Shown here: in pieces, positions 22,101 to 33,700 of the stretch
Numbering within the stretch: the stretch's first letter is position 1
How the letters are laid out: every line of letters starts with the position of its first letter
DNA from: Schizochytrium sp. TIO01
Taxonomy: Eukaryota; Protista; Bigyra: Labyrinthulomycetes
NCBI GenBank assembly: GCA_004764695.1
Contig: SMSO01000008.1
Location: 620,001-684,000 of the forward strand
DNA length: 64,000 nucleotides
Reading direction: 5' to 3'
Notes under the pieces: model-generated
Seen by the model: the letters and a program-made list of their open reading frames with translations, nothing else
Told to the model about the DNA's origin: nothing
The model's database searches: none
Translations under genes and position numbers: made by a program

Positions 22101-23247
22101 TGCTTTACAAGGGATATAACAGAAAGTCGTGCTTTCTTTCTGTTTTGCCCTTCTCAACTGCGTTCATTTTGTACTTCAAGAAATCAGCATTTGTTCCCGT
22201 TTGATAACAACCAGAAGTTAGACTTGGAAAAGAAGGACTTGTATTTGCAAATTTGCATTTGGCGGAAAGTTTGAGCGATCGACGACTCCGAATCTACCCC
22301 CAAAGGCAAGGTTTTCCAATCTGAAGGGAACCCTCTAAAACTCAAGTATTATTACCTGCAGAAGGAACACAATCCTGCCCTTTCTTCGTTTTCATTCACT
22401 ATGCAGTTAACCAAATCCCCAACTTGATAAGGATCGCATGTATTTGGTAAAGAGTAACGTTTTCTTTAATTTCCCAAAATGATTACGTCCACACTTGTAT
22501 TGATAGAACTGTTGAGATGATCTCAGCAGGTAGCTGGGCATATGAGCAAGTTAGCCCACCAGTATCTTTTCTAGACAGCAAAGAATTTTCCTGTTTATTT
22601 TACTTCTGCCTAACTACGAAGTAACGATCAACTCGATTTCATACTGTAATCATTATTTCATTGTATTTGATCAATTCTGAAAAAGGCCCCGTCTCGCTCC
22701 ATTACTATGATTATTATTATTATAGAATATTATTATTAACATCTTACCTTTATGTTGTAGTCTTGAGAGTGAATATACCTATGCACCAAGTATGGTAGCA
22801 TGTCAATAATAAAGTATTCATGTTACAGTGCAAAAGGAATAGTGCTCAGAATTCGTTTCAATTTCTGCTAAGTTTGGCATTGACAACCAACTCTATCAAA
22901 CACAGGCTTGCAATGAATGTGACTTTAGAAACTCAATTCAATCTTTTTCTCGAAATTTGGAGGTATCATAAGCCAGCAGGCATCTTCGTTCTCCAACAAG
23001 ATTGAAAATGTACGATTCTTGAGACTCTTGCGCCGTGAGTTCTAAAGCTCTCCACCATCTCAATACTGATGGGACCTGTCATGGATAATAAACATTTTTC
23101 CACTAGTAAGCATGGCATTTGCCCAATTAGCAACAGTCAGTAATTACAGACATCTTGTACTCTGGTACAAAGTACCTGAACTTCATCGGGCAGGGAGGTA
23201 GGTTGTTAAGAGAATTTGAACATTTTTTTTTCTTTTACAAACGGAGA

Positions 23248-24621
23248 CTAGCCGAACCCATAACCTTCAGTACATTCGTGAATAGCATACATCAGCTTTT
23301 CTTTGAGAGCTGCTTCAGTATTGTATGACGGCAAATCAAGTTGATTGAAGCATGAGTGCGATTGAGGAAGAGCATCATCACTTCCATATGCTTTATGGAT
23401 TGTAAAACGTTGTACACCGCGCATGCCGATAAGGTTTTTGAAACCATCGAGTGGAACTTTGGAGGTTCCTGTGACAAACATGAGAAAACGTGCGTGATCT
23501 TCAGATGGCAGAGCCTCGAGAGTTTTCCAGAACCAACGGATTTGCTGGCTTGCTGCGGTATATCCTACATACTCCGTGTTTGCTTTGAGATCGTCGAGAT
23601 CGATTTCAGGTACACCAGCAATGAGTAGCTCGAGTTCATTTTCGTCGAAGATGGAGATCAGTTCAGCTGGAACAAGCTCATGGAAACCCTCAAGAAAGGC
23701 ATCGAGCTGAGCCCGAATACCATTAGTCATGCGATAGTGGGTCACCAAACGAATATAATCGCGCTTGTTTTCTTCTGTCACAGGGACATTAGCTCCTCCT
23801 GGGAAGAGCTCTTTCGTGCGAACAGACCCAAAGACGTCAATGTCAGCAGAAAAGGTAAGATCGAAGCCGATCTCCTCAATGTTCATTTGTGTAAGCTCCA
23901 TAAGATTGCGGTAGTATTCTGGGTCGAGGCTTTGCATATCAGATGGTGTCACCTTGAGACCTAGAATATGCTTATAGAACGACCTCGTAAAGTGCGCGTC
24001 TAGTAAATGTCCATCAGCAACAGCTTTACCTACAATCCTGCCCACGAACTTGAAGTATTCCAAATGTCTGTCCACAGCAATAGACGATCTTGGATCCGGT
24101 TGGAATGCGCTGCTATCTGCCGACGGCTTAAACAGTCCATAATCCGGTTTGAACATCTCTCTCGCCAGGATCTGAAACCATTCACGCGTAGGTCCTCCAG
24201 CGTCGATGCCTTCTTCGCCATCAAATTTCACCGACAGTCTTCCTCGCAGCTCCTGTGCAGTATGATACTGCAAATACAAAAAGGAGTCCTCGAATACGTG
24301 CGAGCGACGCACAGTCAAGTTCACAGTTCCTGTGCGCACCGTTCGTCTCAGCTTGCGCATTTGAGCCACGAAGTATTGACGTTTGTTATCAAAATCAAGT
24401 ACAGAGCGACAATTTGGGTGCTTCAGCAAGCACGAGAATGAGTCGTCCAGGAGGGCTGGCGACTGGCTCACCAGCGAGTTCAACACATTTCCGTGGGCGT
24501 GTACGAATTTAAGCAAGGTTGCCTCACGCTTGTCGTGGGCACTGACCTCACCGCTCTTGGCACCACTGCCCTCGCTGCTCTTGCCGCCGGCATGGAGCTC
24601 GTCTAGAGCATCCAAATCCAT
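23248..24621 (-). CDS. Stand-alone HECT E3 ligase matching the C-terminal ~450 aa of HUWE1/Tom1/UPL1
   Basis: LKFVHAHGNVLNSLV...VLDFDNKRQYF, VRRSHVFEDSF, FDGEEGIDAGGPTREWF, FTRSFYKHILG, FVTGTSKVPLDGF, catalytic LPQSHSCFNQLDLP, C-terminal EGYGFG. The frame is open upstream only to a TAA at 24736-24738, so the 5' end is uncertain. Confidence 0.92.
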   Translation of the reverse strand: MDLDALDELHAGGKSSEGSGAKSGEVSAHDKREATLLKFVHAHGNVLNSLVSQSPALLDDSFSCLLKHPNCRSVLDFDNKRQYFVAQMRKLRRTVRTGTVNLTVRRSHVFEDSFLYLQYHTAQELRGRLSVKFDGEEGIDAGGPTREWFQILAREMFKPDYGLFKPSADSSAFQPDPRSSIAVDRHLEYFKFVGRIVGKAVADGHLLDAHFTRSFYKHILGLKVTPSDMQSLDPEYYRNLMELTQMNIEEIGFDLTFSADIDVFGSVRTKELFPGGANVPVTEENKRDYIRLVTHYRMTNGIRAQLDAFLEGFHELVPAELISIFDENELELLIAGVPEIDLDDLKANTEYVGYTAASQQIRWFWKTLEALPSEDHARFLMFVTGTSKVPLDGFKNLIGMRGVQRFTIHKAYGSDDALPQSHSCFNQLDLPSYNTEAALKEKLMYAIHECTEGYGFG

Positions 24622-26126
24622 ACCTGAGATTGATCCTGGAGTGCAACGCGAACGAGAGTCTGTGCGACTCGAGACGACCGTGTCACCGGTCGTTTGAAAA
24701 GCGTGAACTCGCTGTTGGGTGCAGACTCGCCTGCGTTAACTTTATCGTAGTGCGATGGGAAGTCTGATTCGGGATTGATGAAGATCAAAGATTTCTGTTG
24801 GCTTTGTTCCTTTGTCTTCTCTTCATCTCAGTTATTGTTATTATCTAGAGAGTTACTGTTTCAAGTAGACAATTATAAGTAAAGTATTCATGGTATAAGT
24901 AGGAAATAGAGGAATACATCCCTTGTGGTGGATAGGTTATACAGTGGGAAAGAAACGGGAATTTATTGCTTTCCCGGCTTGAAGACTCTTCAAAGAGTTA
25001 GCTCGAGCTAAATATCGGATCGGTTGCTCGAGGCCAGATGCCTGGTTTATAGGTGTTCTTTTGTTTTTAACAAAGAGGAAAATAGAGCTAAGCCTGGGCA
25101 TTTGTGTCTCAATTGTTTTAATGGTGCCACAGAATCGTATGTAATTAAAGATTACTTGAGAGCGCTTCTTCTGCCAAATATAACTATCCTCCCTCAAAAA
25201 CAGGTTTAAAGAGATGGAGAAGTAAGTCATTGACTTGAAAGCAAGAGCAGCGAAGAAAATCACAGACACGAGAGACGTTTATTCAAGAGACGATTGATTG
25301 GTATGTCAGCGCTCATTTTTGTCCTCGCTCACTTGTTTACAACCAATCTTCCAGTGACTCGCAAAAAAAAATTAAAAAATTAAAGCAGTTTGCTTCCCGT
25401 TTGTGTACAGTTATAATGCGATACATAGTTTTGCTAAGCCTACATGAATTTGGGCGCATTGCAAACCTGTTGTGCGTCTGCAATTTCTTTTTAAGTATGC
25501 AGAATACTTAGTATAGATGGATACTCACCAGCAAAACTTTTCATAGTTGCTCATGATGGTATTGGTGATCTAAAATAAGTGCGGACAGTCACAATATCAT
25601 TTGCAAAGCATTGTGACTTTTTAAAAGGCGTACAAATAATTACAATCACGTGATTGTGCATCTATGCGCCCTCCTAATCTTGAACCCAGCATACCTTAGC
25701 TTAATCTTAGTGCTTTGATTACGTACATCTATCAATCAAGCATAGATTTCACTGTTGAAAGGTTCTTCGAAACCTTAGTCCAACTGTGTAGAACAAACGT
25801 CATGTAAAAACTTGCGGCAACTCCAATCTCGATGGCAATAAAACGAAGAGCATAAAATTGATTTCATTGTTTTCTTCTGACTACATTAAAGCTAGACGAG
25901 CTAATCACAGCGTACTCTCCCGGTTGATTTGGATATGGTTTGTCTAATTAGATAGGGAAAATATATAGGGATAAGATTTTCGCCGAGCTACTCTGAACAA
26001 GCTGATCTTACAAGACAAGTTCTCCAAAAACTAAGGCAATTGTGAAGAAAAAATACTTTTAAGATATATTTGAATACAATAGAAAAATACTTAAAGCTTG
26101 GGCTTATAAGGGAAACTTTTAGGAAG

Positions 26127-27776
26127 CTACTCTAGCTCAAATTCGGTCTTCACAAGTCCTAGAGTTAGTAACGGCTCAAGCTTAGCTCTCAGAACACTTG
26201 GAAGACTTCTGCCTTGTATATTTTCACTCCAGTACATGCGCAGACGCTCCGTACGAATCACTCGCCACGCCTCATGCACCTGCTCTGGAAAGTCAGGATA
26301 ATATAAGTCATCACTAAGTTTTCTGTTGCAGTTTCTTACGTGAGCGTAGCAAGCTTCCTTGTCCTTGGAGCTGTATTCAAGACACCAAGCACAAAATCGA
26401 TGCCTGCAGCTATCATTGCCACAGATCACAGCACAACATCCATCAAATTCGTCAAAGCGAGCATTGCAATTTGGACAGCTCGTAATCAAGAGTTTTTCCT
26501 CTATGTGCTGCAAATGCATCTTTGCTTCTAAGCTCAGCCCACCTTCTTCAAGAACCACTGCCATGCGCTTTTTAATCTCCTCCTCGGCCCGAACTACAGC
26601 TTCGCTTTCCGCTTTCATCTGTGCGATCCGCAAAAGGTGTCTCAGAGCCCTTGGCGCAAGGCGCGCAATATCTTGGCCCATGATTCTTCCATCGCATCTA
26701 GCCTCCACGCATTCCATCGTTCCATCGGCACCCACAGTCACGGAGGCTTCTGCGTCCGTAGCAGCTTCTACTGAGCGTGCGATACAGTCCCGGCAAAGGA
26801 AATGTCCTCTCTCGCAGCACGTGCCCTCGGAAAGCGGGATGTCATCCAAGCATACAGGACATCTTACTAAAGGATTCGCGACAGCCCCGAATGTCTCAAG
26901 CGCTTCAACGGCACATGGACGATGCTCAGGATTTATCGCTTTGAGAGAGCTTATGAGTGTCTGCATTGCAGATGTTCGCTCACAGGGATACAGCTCCTCC
27001 AGGACTACACCCACAGAGTACATGTCCATCGCAGTTTCGAACTTGTCTACTGGTCCTGTCTGCAACTCAGGAGCAAGGTACCGTGGCGTCGCTTGAAGAG
27101 ATGTGTATGTTGCTGTGGAATTTGCTATTTTCATGCCATCGAAATCACCAAGCAGCGGGGTCTCGATATTCGCGAGGAAGATGTTCTCTGGCTTGATGTC
27201 GCAGTGTACGATGTTCAAAGCATGCAGGTCAGCCACCCCAATCAGTAAGCCCGAGGCAAGTCGATTACGCGTAACTTTATCTGCGTTGGGGTGCTTTTTA
27301 ATCCACTCCGCCAAGTTGCCTTGCTCGTAGAAAGGCATCAAAATGCATCCGTGTGGTACCCCATGTAAGATACTAACGAAGGCACCGATAATGCGGATTA
27401 CATGTTGCGAAGCTACCTTGCCTAGATTCGCAACTTGCGTGTAGAAAGCCCTAATTTGGTTCGAATGCTCGAGTTGAAACTGCTTCAGAACGAGGCTTCT
27501 GCCGGTGCTGTCTAATACCTTCTGTACCGTCTTGCCACCCCTTGAAGCCAGAAGCTTTCCAATAGGCTGGAAATCTGAAATTTCCACGTTCGCTAGCCAG
27601 AGATCAGAGCAAGCCACCTCAAGGACACCGTCTGCACTTACATGTACCTTTTCGAGCCATGCTTGGTTTTTTAGTAGTTCTGGGTAATGCTCCTGCGCGT
27701 GTTGCAGAGTTTCGGCAAGTTTATGACGAAATGCTTTGCTCAGTTCGATAGGACTGCCTTTGGAGAGTATAAGCTT
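26127..27776 (-). CDS. Kinase + RING1 + RING2-like (RBR-related) portion downstream of the in-frame stop
   Basis: Uninterrupted 550-codon frame continuing that of the upstream helical exon. The ORF-track start at 27617 is a GTG, not a true ATG. Confidence 0.75.
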   Translation of the reverse strand, partial: KLILSKGSPIELSKAFRHKLAETLQHAQEHYPELLKNQAWLEKVHVSADGVLEVACSDLWLANVEISDFQPIGKLLASRGGKTVQKVLDSTGRSLVLKQFQLEHSNQIRAFYTQVANLGKVASQHVIRIIGAFVSILHGVPHGCILMPFYEQGNLAEWIKKHPNADKVTRNRLASGLLIGVADLHALNIVHCDIKPENIFLANIETPLLGDFDGMKIANSTATYTSLQATPRYLAPELQTGPVDKFETAMDMYSVGVVLEELYPCERTSAMQTLISSLKAINPEHRPCAVEALETFGAVANPLVRCPVCLDDIPLSEGTCCERGHFLCRDCIARSVEAATDAEASVTVGADGTMECVEARCDGRIMGQDIARLAPRALRHLLRIAQMKAESEAVVRAEEEIKKRMAVVLEEGGLSLEAKMHLQHIEEKLLITSCPNCNARFDEFDGCCAVICGNDSCRHRFCAWCLEYSSKDKEACYAHVRNCNRKLSDDLYYPDFPEQVHEAWRVIRTERLRMYWSENIQGRSLPSVLRAKLEPLLTLGLVKTEFELE

Positions 27777-30700
27777 TTATTTTTTGATCTTACGCTCCAA
27801 GTATGCTTTATCATCTTCCTCTAGATCCTCCGCCTCAAGGTCTCTTTTGGCTGTTTTCAACCTTTCCGTCGCTATTCTCGACCTGTCCAGTTTCTTGTAT
27901 AGCGTTTTTACACAAGAGACATTGGTTGCTTTCAAACTCAACAGCATGCTGAAAGGTGATACTGATTAGCGTGAGGTTGACTGTAAAGATGAAGGTAGAA
28001 GGCTTGATGAAGGCTATAAGAAGGTTGCTTTAAGAGTTAGCGAACTGCTGTCCTGAGGAATGAATTCCAGGACAGATGGATTCATGTAGTAATTAGGGAG
28101 ATTAAGACATTCTTGAATGTGGTTAGAGATAATCGATGGGGTTAGGTTATCCAACCTTCTCCACCATCGATCCAAGCTAACCAAGCTTGGGTGTCGGTGA
28201 TGTGTATTCACACTTCTAGTTCTTGGCTTCAGCAGCCACATAAATCTGGCTGCTTATTCTTGTTCTAATGTAAACCTTATTTCTAATGGGTTTTACAAAG
28301 GGACACCAAGAACTCTAGCAATGTCTTGTCCACTAATTCCTTCGATTGGAGATCTCACCACAGCATAAAGTCGTATAACTCCTCAATATCATCCAGTGAA
28401 AGCGGGATAGCTTCATCTACCTTGAAGTCTTGCGTTGAGTTTTCCAAAGCATTTAATGCTGAGACGATATCGCGCAGTGCTTCTATCACTGTGTCACGAA
28501 GCGTATCCCCTTTTAGATCTTCAAGCTCTTCCTGCAGAGCATTTTGAAGTTCGGAAGGCTCGGGCTTCAGCCTTGTGGCCTTTTCAGGCTCCCTCATAGC
28601 TACCCTAAATTCGTCATCAAGTCTCAACTCACTCATTCGCAGGATGAGCCTTTCCATTGCTTCCTCGCTTCGTTGACTGGCGTTCCTCTGACGACTACTT
28701 TGGCTCGCCTTGTACTCTTTAACGCACTTGTCAGCCCGACCAAGCAACGCCTGGCAGTCTTTGAAGTCAGCCGTGCATGCACGCCCAACCAACGTTGCTC
28801 GACTTATGCCGAGTTCCTGCAATAAACTGGAAAGCCTCTCCTTAAAGCCACGAACTTGAACCTTATTGCTTTCGTAGAACCCAGTCCGAACCCAAGGGTA
28901 CACACTTTGCACGAGTAAATGCAGGCGCGTTCTTTCATCGTTCCACTCCGCAATGAGCTGCGATAAGCCAGCCGGAATGCTTTCACGAATCCGGGCTTGG
29001 CAAGATTCTAAACGTTCTTTGGACTTCGTGATGTCAGCAGCCAACATCTCTTGAACAAGGTAGCCTTGAATCACTGGTCCTGCGAACTCCTCAAACAATG
29101 CAATTGCGGTCTGCAGAGAGTCTTCTCTAGCCACACCACAGCCTGCCCGCGTGTGCGAGACTTCCTTGGCGGGCTGCACCACGTCAGCAAAACTCACTCC
29201 AGCCATGTCCGGCACTTCTCTGAGATATGGTTAGCGAAACGCAGTAACAGCAGATGCTCAAGTCAGGATTCTATACGACAGGTGCTTCAACAAACAATCA
29301 AACTTACAATATAGCATTTTTCGAGTTCTTGGGCTTTGCACAAGGTTCGTTCACCTCGTCAATGCAGACACCAGAATCACTGTCTGGGGCTGCAATACCC
29401 TCTCCAAGAGTACACACCTTTGCAAACAATTCTTTTGGGGTTAGGTCGTAACCAAAGTCACACCTGTGTCAAATCAATCAAATGTTCAATACAAAGACTC
29501 GTGAGAACAACAATTCGTGAATTCCAAGACAGCCTTTCAGCTCCAGCATCGACGTTGATGACACGGCAAAGCAAAACGTGACAGCTAGCTGCGGAGCAGA
29601 AGTAGCGACGGCGGAACTTACCAGGTTTTAACATTTGGGCATGTTTTGTGCAGGGATTTAGCAATTGCCTTGGCGCCGTCAATGTCGATGCTATTGAGTT
29701 CGAGACTGTGTGGTTACCAATAAACGATTGTAATGTCACAGCACGTCAGTTCACTGCGTTCAATTCCCGTCGATATTAAGCTACAGCAATATTCTGCTTC
29801 AGTATCGTTTCCTGTCTGCTTTGTGTTCGATCTTGAAATTTGACGAATGGCCGCTTCGGTTGTTGCTCTTTACCATCGGTCTCTCCATTTATTTCCTTTG
29901 TTCCTCGTGCTAATAATTATTCAGGGCTCTCCCATTCCCTCTTTTCTTTCTCGCTCTCTGTTTTCTTCTTTCTTTTCTTTTCTTTGAAGCAGAGTCTCTC
30001 TCCAAATTTTGAATCTCAGCGCGCAGCTTTCTCTGAATTCTACAAACGTACTTTAGTTGAGTAAGGTTTTTGCATCCCTTCAGTACTTCGGCGATTGCCT
30101 TTGCGCCCTCACTGCCAATGTTGTTATCGCGAAGACTGTGTAATAAATAGAAAATTCCATATTCGTTGTGCAATACAATTATCTCGAGTCAGTCACTAGG
30201 GTGTCTTCAATACTACAACTCAGCGCTCCTCTTGCACCACCAAAGGGCCCCAAACAATGCTCTCAACATCATGTTCTATCTGTGCCATATTCCTGAACTT
30301 CTTCTTTCCTCATTCAATGAAACCTTGTGCATTCTATTCCCATGACATCTCATCACTGTTGCTCTCTTTTGCTCTATTCTCGAAAACACTTCTTCAAGTT
30401 TTATCGCTCAATCTTGAAATCCATGTTCTAAAGTTTTACCTGTCTTCACAAGAAGACTTCCCACTTTATCAACCTAACAACTCAGCGCAGCGCAACTTTC
30501 GATTCTGCAAACGTACTTCAAATGTGTCAGATTCTCGCATCCCTCGAGAGCGTTGGCGACAGCCTTTGCGCCCTCAGTGCCAATGTTGTTCTCGCGAAGA
30601 CTGTGTAATCAATAGCAAATTTCATATTCGTTGTGCGATACGATTATTATCAGTGCGTCAGTCAGTCAGTCAGTCAGTTAATTGCTTTCACGGCTGCGTC

Positions 30701-33700
30701 TCAACTTCTTCTGCGAAGCAATACTTCTACAACTTCACAACGCTCATTCTCTGCTTTTGCATTCTCTGCTCTCTCCGTCTTTGCATCCTTCGTTCTCAGC
30801 ATTCAAGTTCTACTCATCGTTCTTTTACTCTTCTTCTTCTTTACTTCCTCTTCTCAGCATTTGTTCAAAGGAACCCTTTTGCAACAAATACTTTCTCTCT
30901 TTGGTTCATCTTCTTTCTTTCCGAGTCGATCATTGTCTTTTACTTTTAGCATTTCGAAGCCTCAAATGGAATGAAATGCCAAAAAGTAGTATTTTTAAAA
31001 CGTACTACAATTCATTGAGGTTTTTACATCCCTTCAGTACTTCGGCGATTGCCTTTGCGCCCTCACTGCCAATGTTGTTCTGGCTAAGACTGTGTAATCA
31101 ATAGAAAATTCCATATTCGTTGTGCAATACAATTATCTCGAGTCAGTCACTAGGGTGTCTTCAATACTACAACTCAGCGCTCCTCTTGCACCACCAAAGG
31201 GCCCCAAACAATGCTCTCAACATCATGTTCTATCTGTGCCATATTCCTGAACTTCTTCTTTCCTCATTCAATGAAACCTTGTGCATTCTATTCCCATGAC
31301 ATCTCATCACTGTTGCTCTCTTTTGCTCTATTCTCGAAAACACTTCTTCAAGTTTTATCGCTCAATCTTGAAATCCATGTTCTAAAGTTTTACCTGTCTT
31401 CACAAGAAGACTTCCCACTTTATCAACCTAACAACTCAGCGCAGCGCAACTTTCGATACTGCAAACGTACTTCAACAGTGTCAGATTCTCGCATCCCTCG
31501 AGAGCGTTGGCGATTGCCTTTGCGCCTTCAGTGCCAATGTTGTTGCCACCAAGATTGTGTAATAAATAGCGAATTTCATATTCGTTGTGCGATACGATTA
31601 TTATCAGTCAGTCAGTCAGTCAGTCAGTCAGTCAGTCAGTCAGTCAGTCAGTCAGTCAGTCAGTCAGTCAGTCAGTCAGTCAGTCAGTCAGTCAGTCAGT
31701 CAGTCAGTCAGTCAACTTCTTTCATGTCTGCGTCTCAACTTCTTCTGCGAAACAATATTTCCACAACTTCACAACACTCATTCTCTGTTTTTGCATCCTT
31801 CGTTCTCAGAATTCAAGTTCTACTCATCGTTCTTTTTCTCTTCTTCTTCTTTATTTCCTCTTCTCAGCATTTGTTCAAAAGAACCCTTTTGCAACAAATA
31901 CTTTCTCTCTTTGGTTCATCTTCTTTGTTTCCGAGTCGATCATTGTCTTTTAGCATTTCGAAACCTCAAATGGAATGAAATGCCAAAAAGTAGTATTTTC
32001 AAAACGTACTACAATTCAGTGAGGTTTTCGCATCCCTTCACTACTTCGGCGATTGCCTTTACGCCCTCAGTGCCAATGTTGTTGTCACCAATACTGTGTT
32101 TGGGTACATCATACGTTTCGCAATCCAATTAGTACGAGTCAGTCAATCCCTATTACTCTCAAGTCCTTCCTTCTTCTCATGTCCTCAGAGAAGTAACAAT
32201 GTCTCTCTCAGCGTCGTTCTTCGTTGTCTCTGCAATATTCATCCGCACTTTCAAAGTCACCACTTTCGTAGAATTGCGATTTCTCACTTTGTTATTGCTT
32301 TTTCCCAAATCATCGCATTTTGCTTATTCTTCTTTAATTTGTGAAAAAAGAGTCTTCTTTAAAGATGATCATAATATCTTCCTTCGCTCTTTCTTCTGTG
32401 CGTCTCTTTTCTTACGTTCTCCCATTCTCTCTTTCCGAACCAAAACGCATCGATAGCAGGTTGGTACCATAACTACTGCGCAATGTAGGTTCTATACGAT
32501 CATAAAACATACCCCAGCCCTGTCAGACTATCACAGTCTTTCAGTGCGTTTGCGACGGCTTTGATGCCCTCTTCGCCAACGTGGTTCTGGTAAAGACTGT
32601 GTCAATATCATTAGTTGTGAGAAGAGAATAGTTTCCAAAGTTAGTAAAATACTGCATTTTACTTCTCAAGTCTTCTTTACCATCAAAAAACTCCAATCGC
32701 AAAACTCTCTCTCTCTCTCTCTCTCTCCCTTTCTCTGTCTCAGGAACAGTTGCTCTCGATAGTATCCCTTATCTCGAAGAGTCCCAACATTAGATTGCTT
32801 CTGTATTTGCTATGCACTTCATCGTTGCTCTGTAACTTCACTCCGATTACACCTTTCTTCTCTTTTTACTTTTCTTTTCTGTTTTGTCCCATAACGTTTT
32901 TAAATTAAAAGAATTCGCTCTTCCTCTTCTTTTCTTTTCCTTCTTAAAACAAGACCCCATCACAACTACCAAACTCTTTCAAAGCACATCCTTCTACATC
33001 AATCAAACGTACTGTAACTCAGTGAGGTTTTCGCATCCCTTCAGTACTTCGGCGATTGCCTTTGCGCCCTCAGTGCCAATGTTGTTCTCACCAAGACTGT
33101 GTAATCAATAGCGAATTTCATATTCGTTGTGCGATACGATTATTATCAGTCAGTCAGTCAGTCAGTCAGTCAGTTAATTGCTTTCACGGCTGCGTTTCGA
33201 CTTCTTCTGCGAAGCAATACTTCTACAACTTCACAACACTCATTCTCTGCTTTTGCATTCTCTGCTGCTCTCTCTGTGTTTTTGCATCCTTCGTTCTCAG
33301 AATTCAAGTTCTTCCTTTTACTCTTCTTCTTCTTTACTTCCTCTTCTCAGCATTTGTTCAAAGGAACCCTTTTGCAACAAATACTTTCTCTCTTTGGTTC
33401 ATCTTCTTTCTTTCCGAGTCGATCATTGTCTTTTAGCATTTCGAAGCCTCAAATGGAATGAAATGCCAAAAAAGTAGTATATCTAAAACGTACTACAATT
33501 CAGTGAGGTCTTCGCATCCCTTCAGTACTTCGGCGATTGCCTTTGCGCCCTCAGTGCCAATGTTGTTCTCACCAATACTGTGTTTGGGTACATCATACGT
33601 TTCGCAATCCAATTAGTACGAGTCAGTCAATCCCTATTACTCTCAAGTCTTTCCTTCTTCTCGTGTCCTCAGAGAAGTAACAATGTCTCTCTCAGCGTCG

